A stretch of DNA of 64,000 nucleotides from Terriglobia bacterium (GTDB lineage Bacteria; Acidobacteriota; Terriglobia; Acidiferrales; UBA7541). The position numbers and the translations under genes are program-made. The notes beneath the pieces were generated by a model. The model did not search any database, was not told the origin of the DNA, and saw only the letters and a list, made by a program, of their open reading frames with translations. This document shows, piece after piece, positions 1-9,496 of the stretch. Numbering within the stretch: position 1 is the first letter of the stretch; each line of letters starts with the position of its first letter. The stretch covers positions 2,720,001 to 2,784,000 of the forward strand of contig OY968796.1 of assembly GCA_963695545.1 (NCBI GenBank), read 5' to 3'.

Positions 1-780
1 AGGATCGAGCGTGCCGGACGAATCTCCCGGCGCCGCGGCACCGAGAGGAGCCGTCGCTTTCCCCACAACCCGGTCGCCATCGCGCAGTTCCACTTCAATC
101 GACAGGCCGTTGTCCGCGCCGGTCGCACCAGCGATAAAGCAATCCACATCCAGCGAAGGATTGCCGCTCAACACGTCTTTTGGATAGGCGAAAATGTTAT
201 CGATATAAGTCGCAGGCACGATGCGCAGCGCGACCTCGCGATAAATCCCGCCAAACGTCATGTAATCGATCTCGTAACCAAACGGAGGAATGTCTGCGCG
301 CTCGGTCGAATCCAGCTGCACGACCAAAACGTTTTCCGCGTCCTCGCGAAGATGCGGCGTCAGCTCGAATGAAAATGGAGTGAAGCCGCCTTTGTATTCG
401 CCAAGCGAAACGCCGTTGATCCACACGGTCGACGCGGTCATCGCGCCTTCAAAGTCCACAAACACGCGCTTGCCCGCGGCCGCGCGGGGCAGCCGAAAGC
501 GTCGTCGATATGTGGAAATGAATTCGTAATCCTTGTCGTCGAAGCTGTGCCACGGCGCGCGGATGTTCGCGTGAGGTATCACCACGCGCTCGAACGCGGA
601 GTCGTCAAACTCAGGCCGCTCGGCGCCATCCACTTTTGCCGGATGGTAGCGCCAGCCGCGGTTGATCGGCAGAATTATCCGGCCCATCGCAGTCTGCTCT
701 TCCGCGAACGCCGAAGTTCCTCGCAGAGCCGTTGCCGCCAGAGCCGCACCAGTTGTCTTGATAAAGTCGCGTCGGTCCAT
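1..780 (-). CDS. GH2 family beta-galactosidase-like glycosidase with Tat signal (5' part only; runs off the window)
   Basis: Not in the ORF track; translated by hand from ATG at 780 (RBS GAAAGGA upstream): MDRRDFIKTTGAALAA (twin-arginine signal) ... YRRRFRLP...RVFVDFEGAMTASTVWING...GEYKGGFTPFSFELT...DYMTFGGIYREV, typical of the GH2 N-terminal sugar-binding domain. Confidence 0.88.
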   Translation of the reverse strand, partial: MDRRDFIKTTGAALAATALRGTSAFAEEQTAMGRIILPINRGWRYHPAKVDGAERPEFDDSAFERVVIPHANIRAPWHSFDDKDYEFISTYRRRFRLPRAAAGKRVFVDFEGAMTASTVWINGVSLGEYKGGFTPFSFELTPHLREDAENVLVVQLDSTERADIPPFGYEIDYMTFGGIYREVALRIVPATYIDNIFAYPKDVLSGNPSLDVDCFIAGATGADNGLSIEVELRDGDRVVGKATAPLGAAAPGDSSGTLDP

Positions 781-878
781 GTGTCCTTTCGCAAAACAGT
801 TCGAGCTTCACGATCGCGGGCTCTGCTCCGAGTCCGCCAAAATTTTGAAAGCTGCAGATTCATGCACCGCGTGCGGCT

Positions 879-3020
879 TCACCTTTCAACTGTGATCTCA
901 TACCACGTCGTCACCGGCTGCCCGAGATGAATCTTCCAGCTGTCTCCGAGCTGTTCAGCTTTCGTCGGAGCACCGAGCGGCTGTCCCGCGCCGTCGATTG
1001 GTTGGACGTCGACCCCGCGCGCGCCTTGCAAGCCGGTCAGCGTAATCGTCCCTTTTACCTGATCGATCAGCGACGGCGAATCTCCCCAATTGGTCACATC
1101 CGTTCCCGCCGTATTCCATTGTTGCCCCGTATTCTCGACGCGCCCTCCCGCAACCAGAAGCAGCTTCGAAGCTTGATCGATCGGTTTCTCGTCGAGCGAA
1201 CTGAGTTCGATCGTGCAAAAAGCGTTATCCACCTGCGCCCCAAGATTGCTCACGGCTTTTTCATTCGCGCGCACGAATCCGATCAGCGCCTGGCTTCGCG
1301 GCGTATCGACGGTGACCACTCCGCCCTGCTGCGGCGACGTATACCACGTAAGCTGCCGCGTGTCGGACACGATGGGATCGGGCGCCGCCTCTTTCGGAAA
1401 AGTTTGCGTCGGGGGCCCATCGAGCGACGAAATCCGCACCTCATGTTCGAGCGGCAGATAGAGCGGAAAGCCGAGCGTAAAGTAAGGCCGGTCGGTCGTC
1501 GGCAGAATCATCGTGTCAAAAACTTGCTCCGCCGTGTAAGAACGTTCCACCACGCTGCGCGCCGTCTCCACGTCGCCACGCAGAAACAGCAGCGCGCCCG
1601 CCGCAAGCTCCGGCATTTTTACCGGATCGAGTCCGATGTCGAATGCGTCGCCCACATACGGCTTCCACGCCGGATCGAGTTTCGGTTCAAACGTGTACCA
1701 CATGATCGCGTCCCAATCCTGCAGCGCGCCGTAAGCGGCCAGGATCGGAATTCCTTCGCTGTCGTAGTCGTTCGGAAACGGATTATTCACTTCGCTCACG
1801 GTGTAAGGCTTTCCCGCGATCGCCGAGCGCGATAGCTCCACCACCGTCGAGTTCAACGGATCGTTCACCATCGGAGAGCGCCGAGAGTAAACACCCGGAT
1901 GCTCCCAATAATCGTGCCCATCGATCACGTCCATCGACGACATCGCGCGCAAAATCGGATAGCCGCTATTCGAGTGGCTGTGGTCCGCCGTCGCGATCAC
2001 CAGCGATTTCGATCCCAGCGTCTGCTTTATGTAATTCTCCATGTCCGCAAAATAATCGTGTTGCAGATCGTTGTAGAACTCCGCCTCCGCGTAAATGCGT
2101 TCCGGCGGCGCCGCGGCCTCCACTGGCGCCCCGCCGGGAAACGGCCCGCGCGGCTGCATCAGCGGCACGGCCGCACTGTCGTCTTTCACGCCGGCGATCG
2201 CGCGCAGCTTTGCGATCTCCTCGGCCGTGCGATGCTTCGCGAGCCACACGTTGTACATGTCCGTCAGCTCTTGCTCGTAGAACGGCGACGGTCCGCGAAA
2301 TCCGATGTTGATCGCGTTCTCGTTGTTGATTTCGACGAGCGCCACCGCCGGATCGTCCGTGTACTTTAGTTTCGTGTACGGATTCAGATGCCCCAGCAGT
2401 TGCTTCGCGTAATCTTTCTGCAATTCGATCATGCGCCGATCGTAGAGTGAAGTTCCCTTGGAACCTTGTCTCAACTGATCCGCATCCTGCACGCCGTCCC
2501 CAGCCTTGAACGGCCGCCCGACCAATAGATTGAAATCGATATAAATCCCGCGCTTCTCAAGCTCGGCGATAAAAAAATCCTCCCGATCGAGCGCGTCCGC
2601 GTCGAAACTCTGCGTGTCCGCGCGACCGGCGTCAATTAGCCCGCGCGGCGTCAGCAGATCGAGAAACTGAAACCGCACGCAATCCACGCCAAAGCGCGCC
2701 AACGTTCCCGCCCACAGCGCCGCGTCCGCTTTCGGCGGAATCTGTTGCGAGCCTTTGCTCCAATCCGTAATGTTCACGCCCCACAAGCGAATGCGCGCGC
2801 CGTCTCCCGTCGCCAAATGCCCATCCTTCACCTCGATAAATCCGTGTTTTCCCGCCGGCGCGTCGAGCAAGAACGACACATCCACCGGCGACGCCGTAAG
2901 CGCTCCCCGCCGATGATCCATCGTGAACGGCACCATCCCGTCCGTCGTCTGTGCCAGCAGCAAACTCCCACTCGCGGCAACGGCCAGCAGCAGCGCAATT
3001 ATCCTCACGCAGATTTTCAT
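879..3020 (-). CDS. Secreted clan GH-A glycoside hydrolase, GH148/GH5-like (paralog 2)
   Basis: Sec signal (MKICVRIIALLLAVAA; start 3020 after AAAGGGA). Motifs RLWGVN, VRFQFLD, NPYTKLKYTDDPAVALVEINNEN (acid/base NE), DGHDYW and TVSEVN (nucleophile). Family assignment is by motif recall. Confidence 0.7.
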   Translation of the reverse strand: MKICVRIIALLLAVAASGSLLLAQTTDGMVPFTMDHRRGALTASPVDVSFLLDAPAGKHGFIEVKDGHLATGDGARIRLWGVNITDWSKGSQQIPPKADAALWAGTLARFGVDCVRFQFLDLLTPRGLIDAGRADTQSFDADALDREDFFIAELEKRGIYIDFNLLVGRPFKAGDGVQDADQLRQGSKGTSLYDRRMIELQKDYAKQLLGHLNPYTKLKYTDDPAVALVEINNENAINIGFRGPSPFYEQELTDMYNVWLAKHRTAEEIAKLRAIAGVKDDSAAVPLMQPRGPFPGGAPVEAAAPPERIYAEAEFYNDLQHDYFADMENYIKQTLGSKSLVIATADHSHSNSGYPILRAMSSMDVIDGHDYWEHPGVYSRRSPMVNDPLNSTVVELSRSAIAGKPYTVSEVNNPFPNDYDSEGIPILAAYGALQDWDAIMWYTFEPKLDPAWKPYVGDAFDIGLDPVKMPELAAGALLFLRGDVETARSVVERSYTAEQVFDTMILPTTDRPYFTLGFPLYLPLEHEVRISSLDGPPTQTFPKEAAPDPIVSDTRQLTWYTSPQQGGVVTVDTPRSQALIGFVRANEKAVSNLGAQVDNAFCTIELSSLDEKPIDQASKLLLVAGGRVENTGQQWNTAGTDVTNWGDSPSLIDQVKGTITLTGLQGARGVDVQPIDGAGQPLGAPTKAEQLGDSWKIHLGQPVTTWYEITVER

Positions 3021-3040
3021 GGGATCCCTTTCCGTAGATC

Positions 3041-5218
3041 TCATCGTTGCACCGTAATCTCGTACCAGGTAGTGACCGTGTCTCCGATCGGAATCTTCCA
3101 GCTATCGCCAGCGTGCGCGGCATTGTCACTTGGCGCAGCACGCGTCGCCATAATCGGCGCGCCGACCGGCTGCCCCGCGCCATCGATCGGCTGCACGCTG
3201 ACCGCGCGCGCGCCCACGATCCCGCGCAACGTTATCGTGCCCTTCACCTGCTCGATGAGCGTCGGCGAACCTCCCCAATTCGTCACCGCCGTCTCCGCCG
3301 AATTCCACACTTGCCCCGTGTTCTCAACGCGCCCTCCCGCGATCAACAGCAGCTTCGACGCCTGCGCAATGGGCCGCGCGTCAAGCGAACTTAGCTGGAT
3401 CGTACAAAAAGTATTCTCAACCTCAGCAGCGAGATTGCTCACCGATTTACCATTTGCCCGCACAAATCCAACGAGCGCCTGGCTTCGCGGTGTGTCGATC
3501 GTCACCAAGCCAGTTTGTTGCACCGAGGTGTACCACGCGAGCTGCCTCGTGTCGGAAACGATCGGATCGGGCATCGCGCCTTCAGGAAAAACCTGAGTCG
3601 CAGGCCCATCCAGCGACGAAATCCTCACTTCATGCTCGAGCGGCAGATAAAGTGGAAACCCCGGCGTAAAGTAAGGCCGATCGGAAACCGGCAAAATCAT
3701 ACTGTCGAAAACTTGTTTCTCCGAGTACGAGCGTTCCACCACACTCCGCGCCTTTTCCACGTCGCCGCGAAGAAACATCAACGCCCCCGCTGCCAGCTCC
3801 GGCATTTTTACCGGATCGAGTGACACATCGTACGGATCGCCTACGTAGGGCTTCCATGCCGGATCGGCTTTCGGTTCAAACGTGTAAAACATCACCGCGT
3901 CCCAGTCCTGCAGCGCTCCATAAGCGGCGTCGATCGGAATCCCCTCGCCGTTGTAATCGCTCGGAAACGGATTGTTCGTCTCGCTCACCGTGTAAGGCTT
4001 CCCCGCGATCGCCGAGCGCGATAGCGAGACCACGCTCGAATTCAGCGGATCGTTGACCATCGGAGATTTGTGCTCGTACTGCCACGAGGGAGGAGTCCAG
4101 TAAATATGTCCGTCGATTACGTCCATCGACGACGTGGCATGCAGAAACGGATAGCCGCTCGCCGCATGGTTGTGGTCTGCGCTCGCGATCATCAGCGATT
4201 TCGCCCCGACCGTCGTCCTCAGATAATTTTCCATGTCCACAAAATAATCGCGCTGCAAATCGTCGTAGAACTCCGCTTCCGTACGGACGCGCTCCTCCGC
4301 CACCGCGGCCTGCGGCGGAACCGGCCCGTTGTACGTCGCCAGAGGCTGCGGCTGGATAATTGGCACCGGCGTGTCGGCCCCTTGCACTCCCGCGATCTCG
4401 CGCAGCTCCGCGATTTGCTCCGGCGTACGATGCTTCGCCAGCCACTGGTTATATATGTCCGTCAGCTCCTGCACATAAAACGGCGAGGGCAAGCGAAACC
4501 CCACGTTGATCGCGTTCTCATTGTTGATTTCAACGAACGCCACCGCCGGGTCTTCCGCGTACTTCAACTTGGTGTAGGGATTCACGTGGTCCAGCAGCTT
4601 CTGCGCGTAATCCTTCTGCAATTCAATCAAACGCTTGTCGAACAGCGAGACTCCTTTCGCGCCTAAACCCAGAAGTTGCGCATCCTCCACGCCATCGGCC
4701 GCCTTGAACGGCCGCACCACCAGAAGATTGAAATCGATATAGATGCCGCGCTTTTCAAGCTCGGCCAGGAAATAATCTTCCCGATCGAACGCTTCCGCGT
4801 CGAATGCTTGCGTGTCCTCGCGTTTGCCATCGATCAGCCCGCGCGGCGTCTGGAAATCCAGAAACTGCAGCCGCACGCAATTCACGCCGTAGCGCGCCAG
4901 CGTCGCCGCCCACATCGGCGCGTCCTCTTTAGACGGAATTTGCTGCGAACCCGGACTCCAATCCGAGATGTTCAGGCCCCAGAAGCGAATGCGCTGGCCG
5001 TCCGCGGTCGCCAGATGCCCGTCCTTCACCACCACGAAACCATGCTTGCCCGCCGGCGCATCCAGCAGGAAAGAAACATCCACCGGCGATGCTGCGAGCG
5101 CCCCGCGGCGATTATCCATCGTGGAGGGCACCATGCCGTTCGTCGTCTGCGCGACGAGCACGCCTCCGCTTCCGGCCAGGGCGAGCAATAGCGCGATCGT
5201 CGTGACGCAGATTTTCAT
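3041..5218 (-). CDS. Secreted clan GH-A glycoside hydrolase, GH148/GH5-like (paralog 1)
   Basis: Colinear and highly similar to 879-3020 (EINNEN, DGHIYW, TVSETN, SPMVNDPLNS, DPVKMPELAAGAL); signal peptide. Confidence 0.7.
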   Translation of the reverse strand: MKICVTTIALLLALAGSGGVLVAQTTNGMVPSTMDNRRGALAASPVDVSFLLDAPAGKHGFVVVKDGHLATADGQRIRFWGLNISDWSPGSQQIPSKEDAPMWAATLARYGVNCVRLQFLDFQTPRGLIDGKREDTQAFDAEAFDREDYFLAELEKRGIYIDFNLLVVRPFKAADGVEDAQLLGLGAKGVSLFDKRLIELQKDYAQKLLDHVNPYTKLKYAEDPAVAFVEINNENAINVGFRLPSPFYVQELTDIYNQWLAKHRTPEQIAELREIAGVQGADTPVPIIQPQPLATYNGPVPPQAAVAEERVRTEAEFYDDLQRDYFVDMENYLRTTVGAKSLMIASADHNHAASGYPFLHATSSMDVIDGHIYWTPPSWQYEHKSPMVNDPLNSSVVSLSRSAIAGKPYTVSETNNPFPSDYNGEGIPIDAAYGALQDWDAVMFYTFEPKADPAWKPYVGDPYDVSLDPVKMPELAAGALMFLRGDVEKARSVVERSYSEKQVFDSMILPVSDRPYFTPGFPLYLPLEHEVRISSLDGPATQVFPEGAMPDPIVSDTRQLAWYTSVQQTGLVTIDTPRSQALVGFVRANGKSVSNLAAEVENTFCTIQLSSLDARPIAQASKLLLIAGGRVENTGQVWNSAETAVTNWGGSPTLIEQVKGTITLRGIVGARAVSVQPIDGAGQPVGAPIMATRAAPSDNAAHAGDSWKIPIGDTVTTWYEITVQR

Positions 5219-5400
5219 AGGATCCCTCGTGAAACGTGCGGAGGTTCAAGGCACGTTCGCAGATTCCAAGCCAAATTCGGCGCCCGCGCACAAAACGGAC
5301 GCCACAACTCTACGCCCGTCACCTCCTGATGCGTATCCCACGAAAGTCGGATACCCCTTTCCTTGATGATTTGCGCCGCACCCGCCCTGTGGATATCCAT

Positions 5401-5750
5401 TCGAATACTCATAATGTAGTTGACAACTATTTTCGTCTGCGCTATACTCCTACGTGTTCGCTGATAACATTTCGAATTGCCCCTCGCCTCGCGGCTCTTT
5501 CCGCCCGCGGTTTGCCCTCGCTCATCTCGGATCGCCTGCCAAATTTCATCGATTCATTGCCATCGATCCGCACTCATCTGCACCAAAGTGCCTCTCCAAC
5601 CCCTTTATTTTCACACTCATGCAAAAGAGTGCGCATCTTATTGAAAATAAACACGATCAAGTCTATTGCGTTCACACTCATCCCCACTCTTCCCCTGCAA
5701 GTCCTTTGTTTTCTGTTCTTTCGCAAATTACACCGGGGGTGTATATACCC
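5401..5750 (+). repeat. Dispersed structured intergenic element, copy A (candidate ncRNA or non-autonomous element)
   Basis: Ordered motif match to the reverse complement of 54766-55106: TCGAATACT, TTGAC-N-TAT(A/G)CT, TTCGAATTG, CAACCCSTTTATTTTCA, TGCGCA..ATTGAAAA, AAGTCT, CACTCTT, CGCAAA, ACCGGGGGTGTA. Hairpin TTTATTTTCA(5604-5613)/TGAAAATAAA(5642-5651). Confidence 0.75.
5420..5448 (+). promoter_or_regulatory. Near-consensus sigma70 promoter
   Basis: TTGACA (5420-5425), 17 bp spacer, TATACT (5443-5448). Confidence 0.8.
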
Positions 5751-5902
5751 ACTCTCCTACTAAAGGCGGATTCACACCCCACCCCAACTGTGCTCCGATG
5801 CACCCGCGCGGAAATGCCCGAGCGTGAGTTGCGCCTGCCGCCCGCCGAAGAATCGACGGCCACGCCACCGAACGCCGAAATTCGCCAAAGAGGGAACGAG
5901 AC

Positions 5903-6787
5903 ATGAATATCCGCGAGCTTCCTCGCATCACGATCTGCCTGGCGCTCGCCCTGCTAACGTCGTGCACGGCAGCGCTCGCCCAGAAACCTGTCGTTGAGCT
6001 CTGGCCCAACGGCGCTCCCGGCTCGGAAGGCAAGACGTCGCCGGAGACCGTGCGCATTTCCGATCAGGGCGATCACGTGATCTCGAATGTCAATCGCCCT
6101 TCGATCACCGTCTATCTCCCGACCCCGGATAAAGCCACCGGCGCGGCGGTCGTCGTCATCCCCGGCGGCGGCCACAGTGAAATTTGGATCGACCACGAAG
6201 GCTACACCGTCGCCGCGTGGTTGAGTGATCACGGCGTCGCCGCCTTCGTCCTCAAATATCGACTCGCGCACGCTCCCGGTTCCACCTACACCATCGAAGG
6301 CACCGAATTGGACGACACCCAGCGCGCCATTCGTTTGGTACGCAGCCGCGCTGCCGAATGGGGCGTCGATCCGAATCGCATCGGCGTGATCGGGTTTTCC
6401 GCTGGCGGCCAATTGGCCGCGCTGGCCGGCACGCGCTACGACTCCGGCAACGCCGCCGCGACGGACCCGATAGATCGCGAAAGTTCCAGGCCCGACTTTC
6501 AGGGATTGATTTATCCCGGACTTCCCGACACTCCGCCTCTCGCTCTCACAAAGGACACGCCTCCGGCATTTCTAGCCTGCGGCGCTGATGACCGCCCCAA
6601 TGTTTCCGAGGGCGTTGCACGACTCTATCTTGCAATGAAGCAGGCCGGCATCCCGGTCGAGCTCCACATTTTCGCCGGCGTCGGACACGGATTCGGTATG
6701 CGCAACACCAACACCGGAAACATGAGCACGTGGACGGACCTGTTTTACGGCTGGCTAGGCACCAGCGGTTTCCTGACGCACAAATAA
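5903..6787 (+). CDS. Secreted alpha/beta-hydrolase esterase (BD-FAE / acetyl-xylan-esterase-like)
   Basis: Signal peptide; PGGGH oxyanion loop, GFSAGG nucleophile elbow, GADD and GVGHGFG (Asp, His); RBS AGAGGG. Confidence 0.85.
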   Translation: MNIRELPRITICLALALLTSCTAALAQKPVVELWPNGAPGSEGKTSPETVRISDQGDHVISNVNRPSITVYLPTPDKATGAAVVVIPGGGHSEIWIDHEGYTVAAWLSDHGVAAFVLKYRLAHAPGSTYTIEGTELDDTQRAIRLVRSRAAEWGVDPNRIGVIGFSAGGQLAALAGTRYDSGNAAATDPIDRESSRPDFQGLIYPGLPDTPPLALTKDTPPAFLACGADDRPNVSEGVARLYLAMKQAGIPVELHIFAGVGHGFGMRNTNTGNMSTWTDLFYGWLGTSGFLTHK

Positions 6788-6850
6788 AATTTGGTTGAAC
6801 GAGAAAGTCGACAAAAGATCACGCGCACAAGCGAAACGAGGCCAACTTCG

Positions 6851-9391
6851 ATGTCCCCGACGAATGATGATTCAGGACCGCTGCTAACCCGGCGCGATCT
6901 TCTCGCCCACGCTGCCCGCGGCGCGATGCTTGTTTCCGCGTCTCCCTATCTCGCGCGCGCCCAAGCGGCGCTTTCTCCGGAGAGCTCCGCCACCAGAACC
7001 AGAGACACCTTCGATTTCGGTTGGAAATTCCAGAAGGGCGATTTTCCCGGCGCGCAGCGGCCCACGTTTGCGGATGCGAGCTGGCGCGACGTCGATCTGC
7101 CGCATGATTGGAGCATCGAAGGCCCGTTCGACGAGAAAGCTCCCAGCAGCGGCCCCGGCGCCTATTTGCCCACCGGCATCGCCTGGTACCGAAAAAGATT
7201 TCGTGTGCCCGAAGCGGATCGCAGCCGCATCACCGTGCTTGAGTTCGACGGCGTTTATCAGAATAGCGAAGTCTGGATCAACGGCCAGTATCTCGGCCTT
7301 CGTCCCTACGGCTTTATCCCGTTCTCCTACGACTTGACGCCGCACCTCAATTTCGGCGGCGAGAACGTCGTCGCCGTTCGCGTGGACAATTCCCGCCAGA
7401 CCAACTGCCGTTGGTATTCCGGTTCGGGCATTGACCGGCACACTTGGCTGCTCGTCACCAATCCGGTCCGCGTCGCTTACTGGGGCACCTTCGTCACCAC
7501 GCCCCGCGTGTCGCAGCAGTCGGCCACAGTGCAGGTGAAAACACGAATCGCGAATGGCCAAAAGGATGCCGCTCAATTCACTCTCACCACCACGATCCTC
7601 GATAAGGATGGCAACACCGTCCAGACTGCGGAAGCGTCTCAGGAAGTCGACGCCAACGCAGAATACGAATTCGTCCAGCAATTGGCGGTAGATAAACCCA
7701 GTCTATGGTCACCCACGAATCCGTATCTCTACACGGTCCGCAGCACAGTGCATCAGGCGAGCCAGGTGTTGGATGTGTATGACACTCCCTTCGGAATTCG
7801 CGAAGCCATCTTCGATGCCGAGCGCGGATTTTTGCTGAACGGCGAGCACATCAAATTGAACGGCGCCTGCATCCACCAGGAAGCCGGCAGCGTCGGCTCC
7901 GCTGTTCCCGAGCGAGTCTGGGAGCGTCGCTTGCAAACTCTTCACGAAATGGGATGCAATGCCATCCGCACCAGCCACAATCCCTATCCCGCCGAATTCC
8001 TGGATCTCTGCGACAAGATGGGCTTCCTGGTAATGAACGAGGCTTTCGACGAATGGAAAGTGCCCAAGGGCCAGATCAAATACGGTTACAGCGTTTATTT
8101 CGACGAGTGGCACGAACGCGATGCCACGAACTTCCTCCATCGCGATCGCAACCACCCATCCGTAGTGCTCTGGAGCGCCGGGAACGAGATTCCCGACCAG
8201 GACGTTCCCATGGGCGTAGACACCCTGCGCGGTTTGCTCGATATCTTTCACACCGAAGACCCCACGCGCCTGGTGACGGCGGCCTGCGACCACATCGCCG
8301 CGGATCCTCCCGTCGGCGGCAGGGTGTTGCCGGAATTTCTCGCCCTGCTCGATGTCGTCGGCTACAACTACGTGGACCGCTGGCGCGACCGCGCGCAGAA
8401 ATATTACAGCATCGATCACGACGCATTTCCCGAGCGCCGCGTGGTCGGCACCGAAAGCGGCGCGATGGGCGGCGTTCGCGGCGATTATCGCTCCTTGGTC
8501 GGCGATCCCATTCCCGAGCTTCCTGCTCGATTCCGATTTGCGCCCGGCCGCGACGTCGATGTCGAACAACTTTGGAAGTTCGTCGGAACTTACGACTACG
8601 TCACAGGCGATTTCATGTGGACGGGCATCGACTATTTGGGCGAGGCCTTTTGGCCTACAAAAGGATCTTCCTCCGGCGTAATCGATACCTGCGGCTTCAA
8701 GAAAGATGGATTCTATTTCTACCAGAGCCAGTGGACCGCCGCGCCCATGGTGCATCTGTATCCGCACTGGAATTGGGCCGGCAAAGAAGGGCAGTTGATC
8801 CCGGTCACTTGCTACACCAATTGCGACACCGTCGAACTCTTCCTGAATGGTAAGTCTCTCGGCGTGCGGGGCTACGAATTTCCGCGCTACGGAATGGAAG
8901 GCAAGTGGGGCAATTTGCCGCCCCGCGCCAGAACCGCGCGAACCACCGGCGACCTCCATCTAACCTGGGACGTTCCCTACGAACCGGGAACGCTGAAAGT
9001 CGTAGGGACCAAAGATGGAGTCGCAGCGGCCACCATGGAAATCTCGACCACCGGAGAGCCAGCCGCCATCAAGCTATCGGTCGATCGAGCGAATATCGCG
9101 GCCGATCGCCGCGATGTCGCGCATGTCACCGTCGAAATTTTAGATGCGCAGGGCCGCGTCGTGCCGGACGCCGCGAGCCAAGTCACATTCGACGTTCAGG
9201 GCGCAGGCAAAATCATCGGCGTGGATAACGGCGATCCGCTAAGCCACGAGGATTTCAAATCCAATCAGCGCAAAGCCTTTAACGGCATGTGCCTGGCAAT
9301 CGTCCAATCGACCGCCACGCCCGGCCAAATAAAAATCGCGGCGTCATCTCCCGGTCTGCAATCGAGCGATGTATCGATCACCACCGCCTAA
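6851..9391 (+). CDS. GH2 beta-galactosidase-like glycosidase with Tat signal
   Basis: TRRDLL Tat motif; LPHDWSIE, RWYSGSGI, GCNAIRTSHNP, NHPSVVLWSAGNE (acid/base), GTES, FMWTGIDYLGE and C-terminal GVDNGD. Start taken at ATG 6851. Confidence 0.92.
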   Translation: MSPTNDDSGPLLTRRDLLAHAARGAMLVSASPYLARAQAALSPESSATRTRDTFDFGWKFQKGDFPGAQRPTFADASWRDVDLPHDWSIEGPFDEKAPSSGPGAYLPTGIAWYRKRFRVPEADRSRITVLEFDGVYQNSEVWINGQYLGLRPYGFIPFSYDLTPHLNFGGENVVAVRVDNSRQTNCRWYSGSGIDRHTWLLVTNPVRVAYWGTFVTTPRVSQQSATVQVKTRIANGQKDAAQFTLTTTILDKDGNTVQTAEASQEVDANAEYEFVQQLAVDKPSLWSPTNPYLYTVRSTVHQASQVLDVYDTPFGIREAIFDAERGFLLNGEHIKLNGACIHQEAGSVGSAVPERVWERRLQTLHEMGCNAIRTSHNPYPAEFLDLCDKMGFLVMNEAFDEWKVPKGQIKYGYSVYFDEWHERDATNFLHRDRNHPSVVLWSAGNEIPDQDVPMGVDTLRGLLDIFHTEDPTRLVTAACDHIAADPPVGGRVLPEFLALLDVVGYNYVDRWRDRAQKYYSIDHDAFPERRVVGTESGAMGGVRGDYRSLVGDPIPELPARFRFAPGRDVDVEQLWKFVGTYDYVTGDFMWTGIDYLGEAFWPTKGSSSGVIDTCGFKKDGFYFYQSQWTAAPMVHLYPHWNWAGKEGQLIPVTCYTNCDTVELFLNGKSLGVRGYEFPRYGMEGKWGNLPPRARTARTTGDLHLTWDVPYEPGTLKVVGTKDGVAAATMEISTTGEPAAIKLSVDRANIAADRRDVAHVTVEILDAQGRVVPDAASQVTFDVQGAGKIIGVDNGDPLSHEDFKSNQRKAFNGMCLAIVQSTATPGQIKIAASSPGLQSSDVSITTA

Positions 9392-9496
9392 CGAGGACCA
9401 GAAATCGTGACCTCGAATATTTCCGAAATCGGTGACCGCGCATGATCTTCGCGCTGACCTTGGACGCCGGTGCGCTTCGGTTGTATCCTCACGCCC

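Noticed and set aside
5455..5480. Possible LexA box (GTTC-N7-GTTC type) downstream of the element promoter
   Set aside because: GTTC to the next (A/T)TTC spacing is 10 nt in copy A and 11 nt in copy B, not 7.
5597..5727. Possible mini-CRISPR array
   Set aside because: Units are degenerate, spacing is irregular (61 and 40 bp) and there are no cas genes in the window.
5236..5906. ORFs 5236-5763 and 5454-5906 over element copy A (and 54670-55053, 54894-55568 over copy B)
   Set aside because: Atypical composition, no clear RBS and no consistent shared reading frame between copies; the short PGVY match simply reflects the conserved ACCGGGGGTGTA nucleotide motif.
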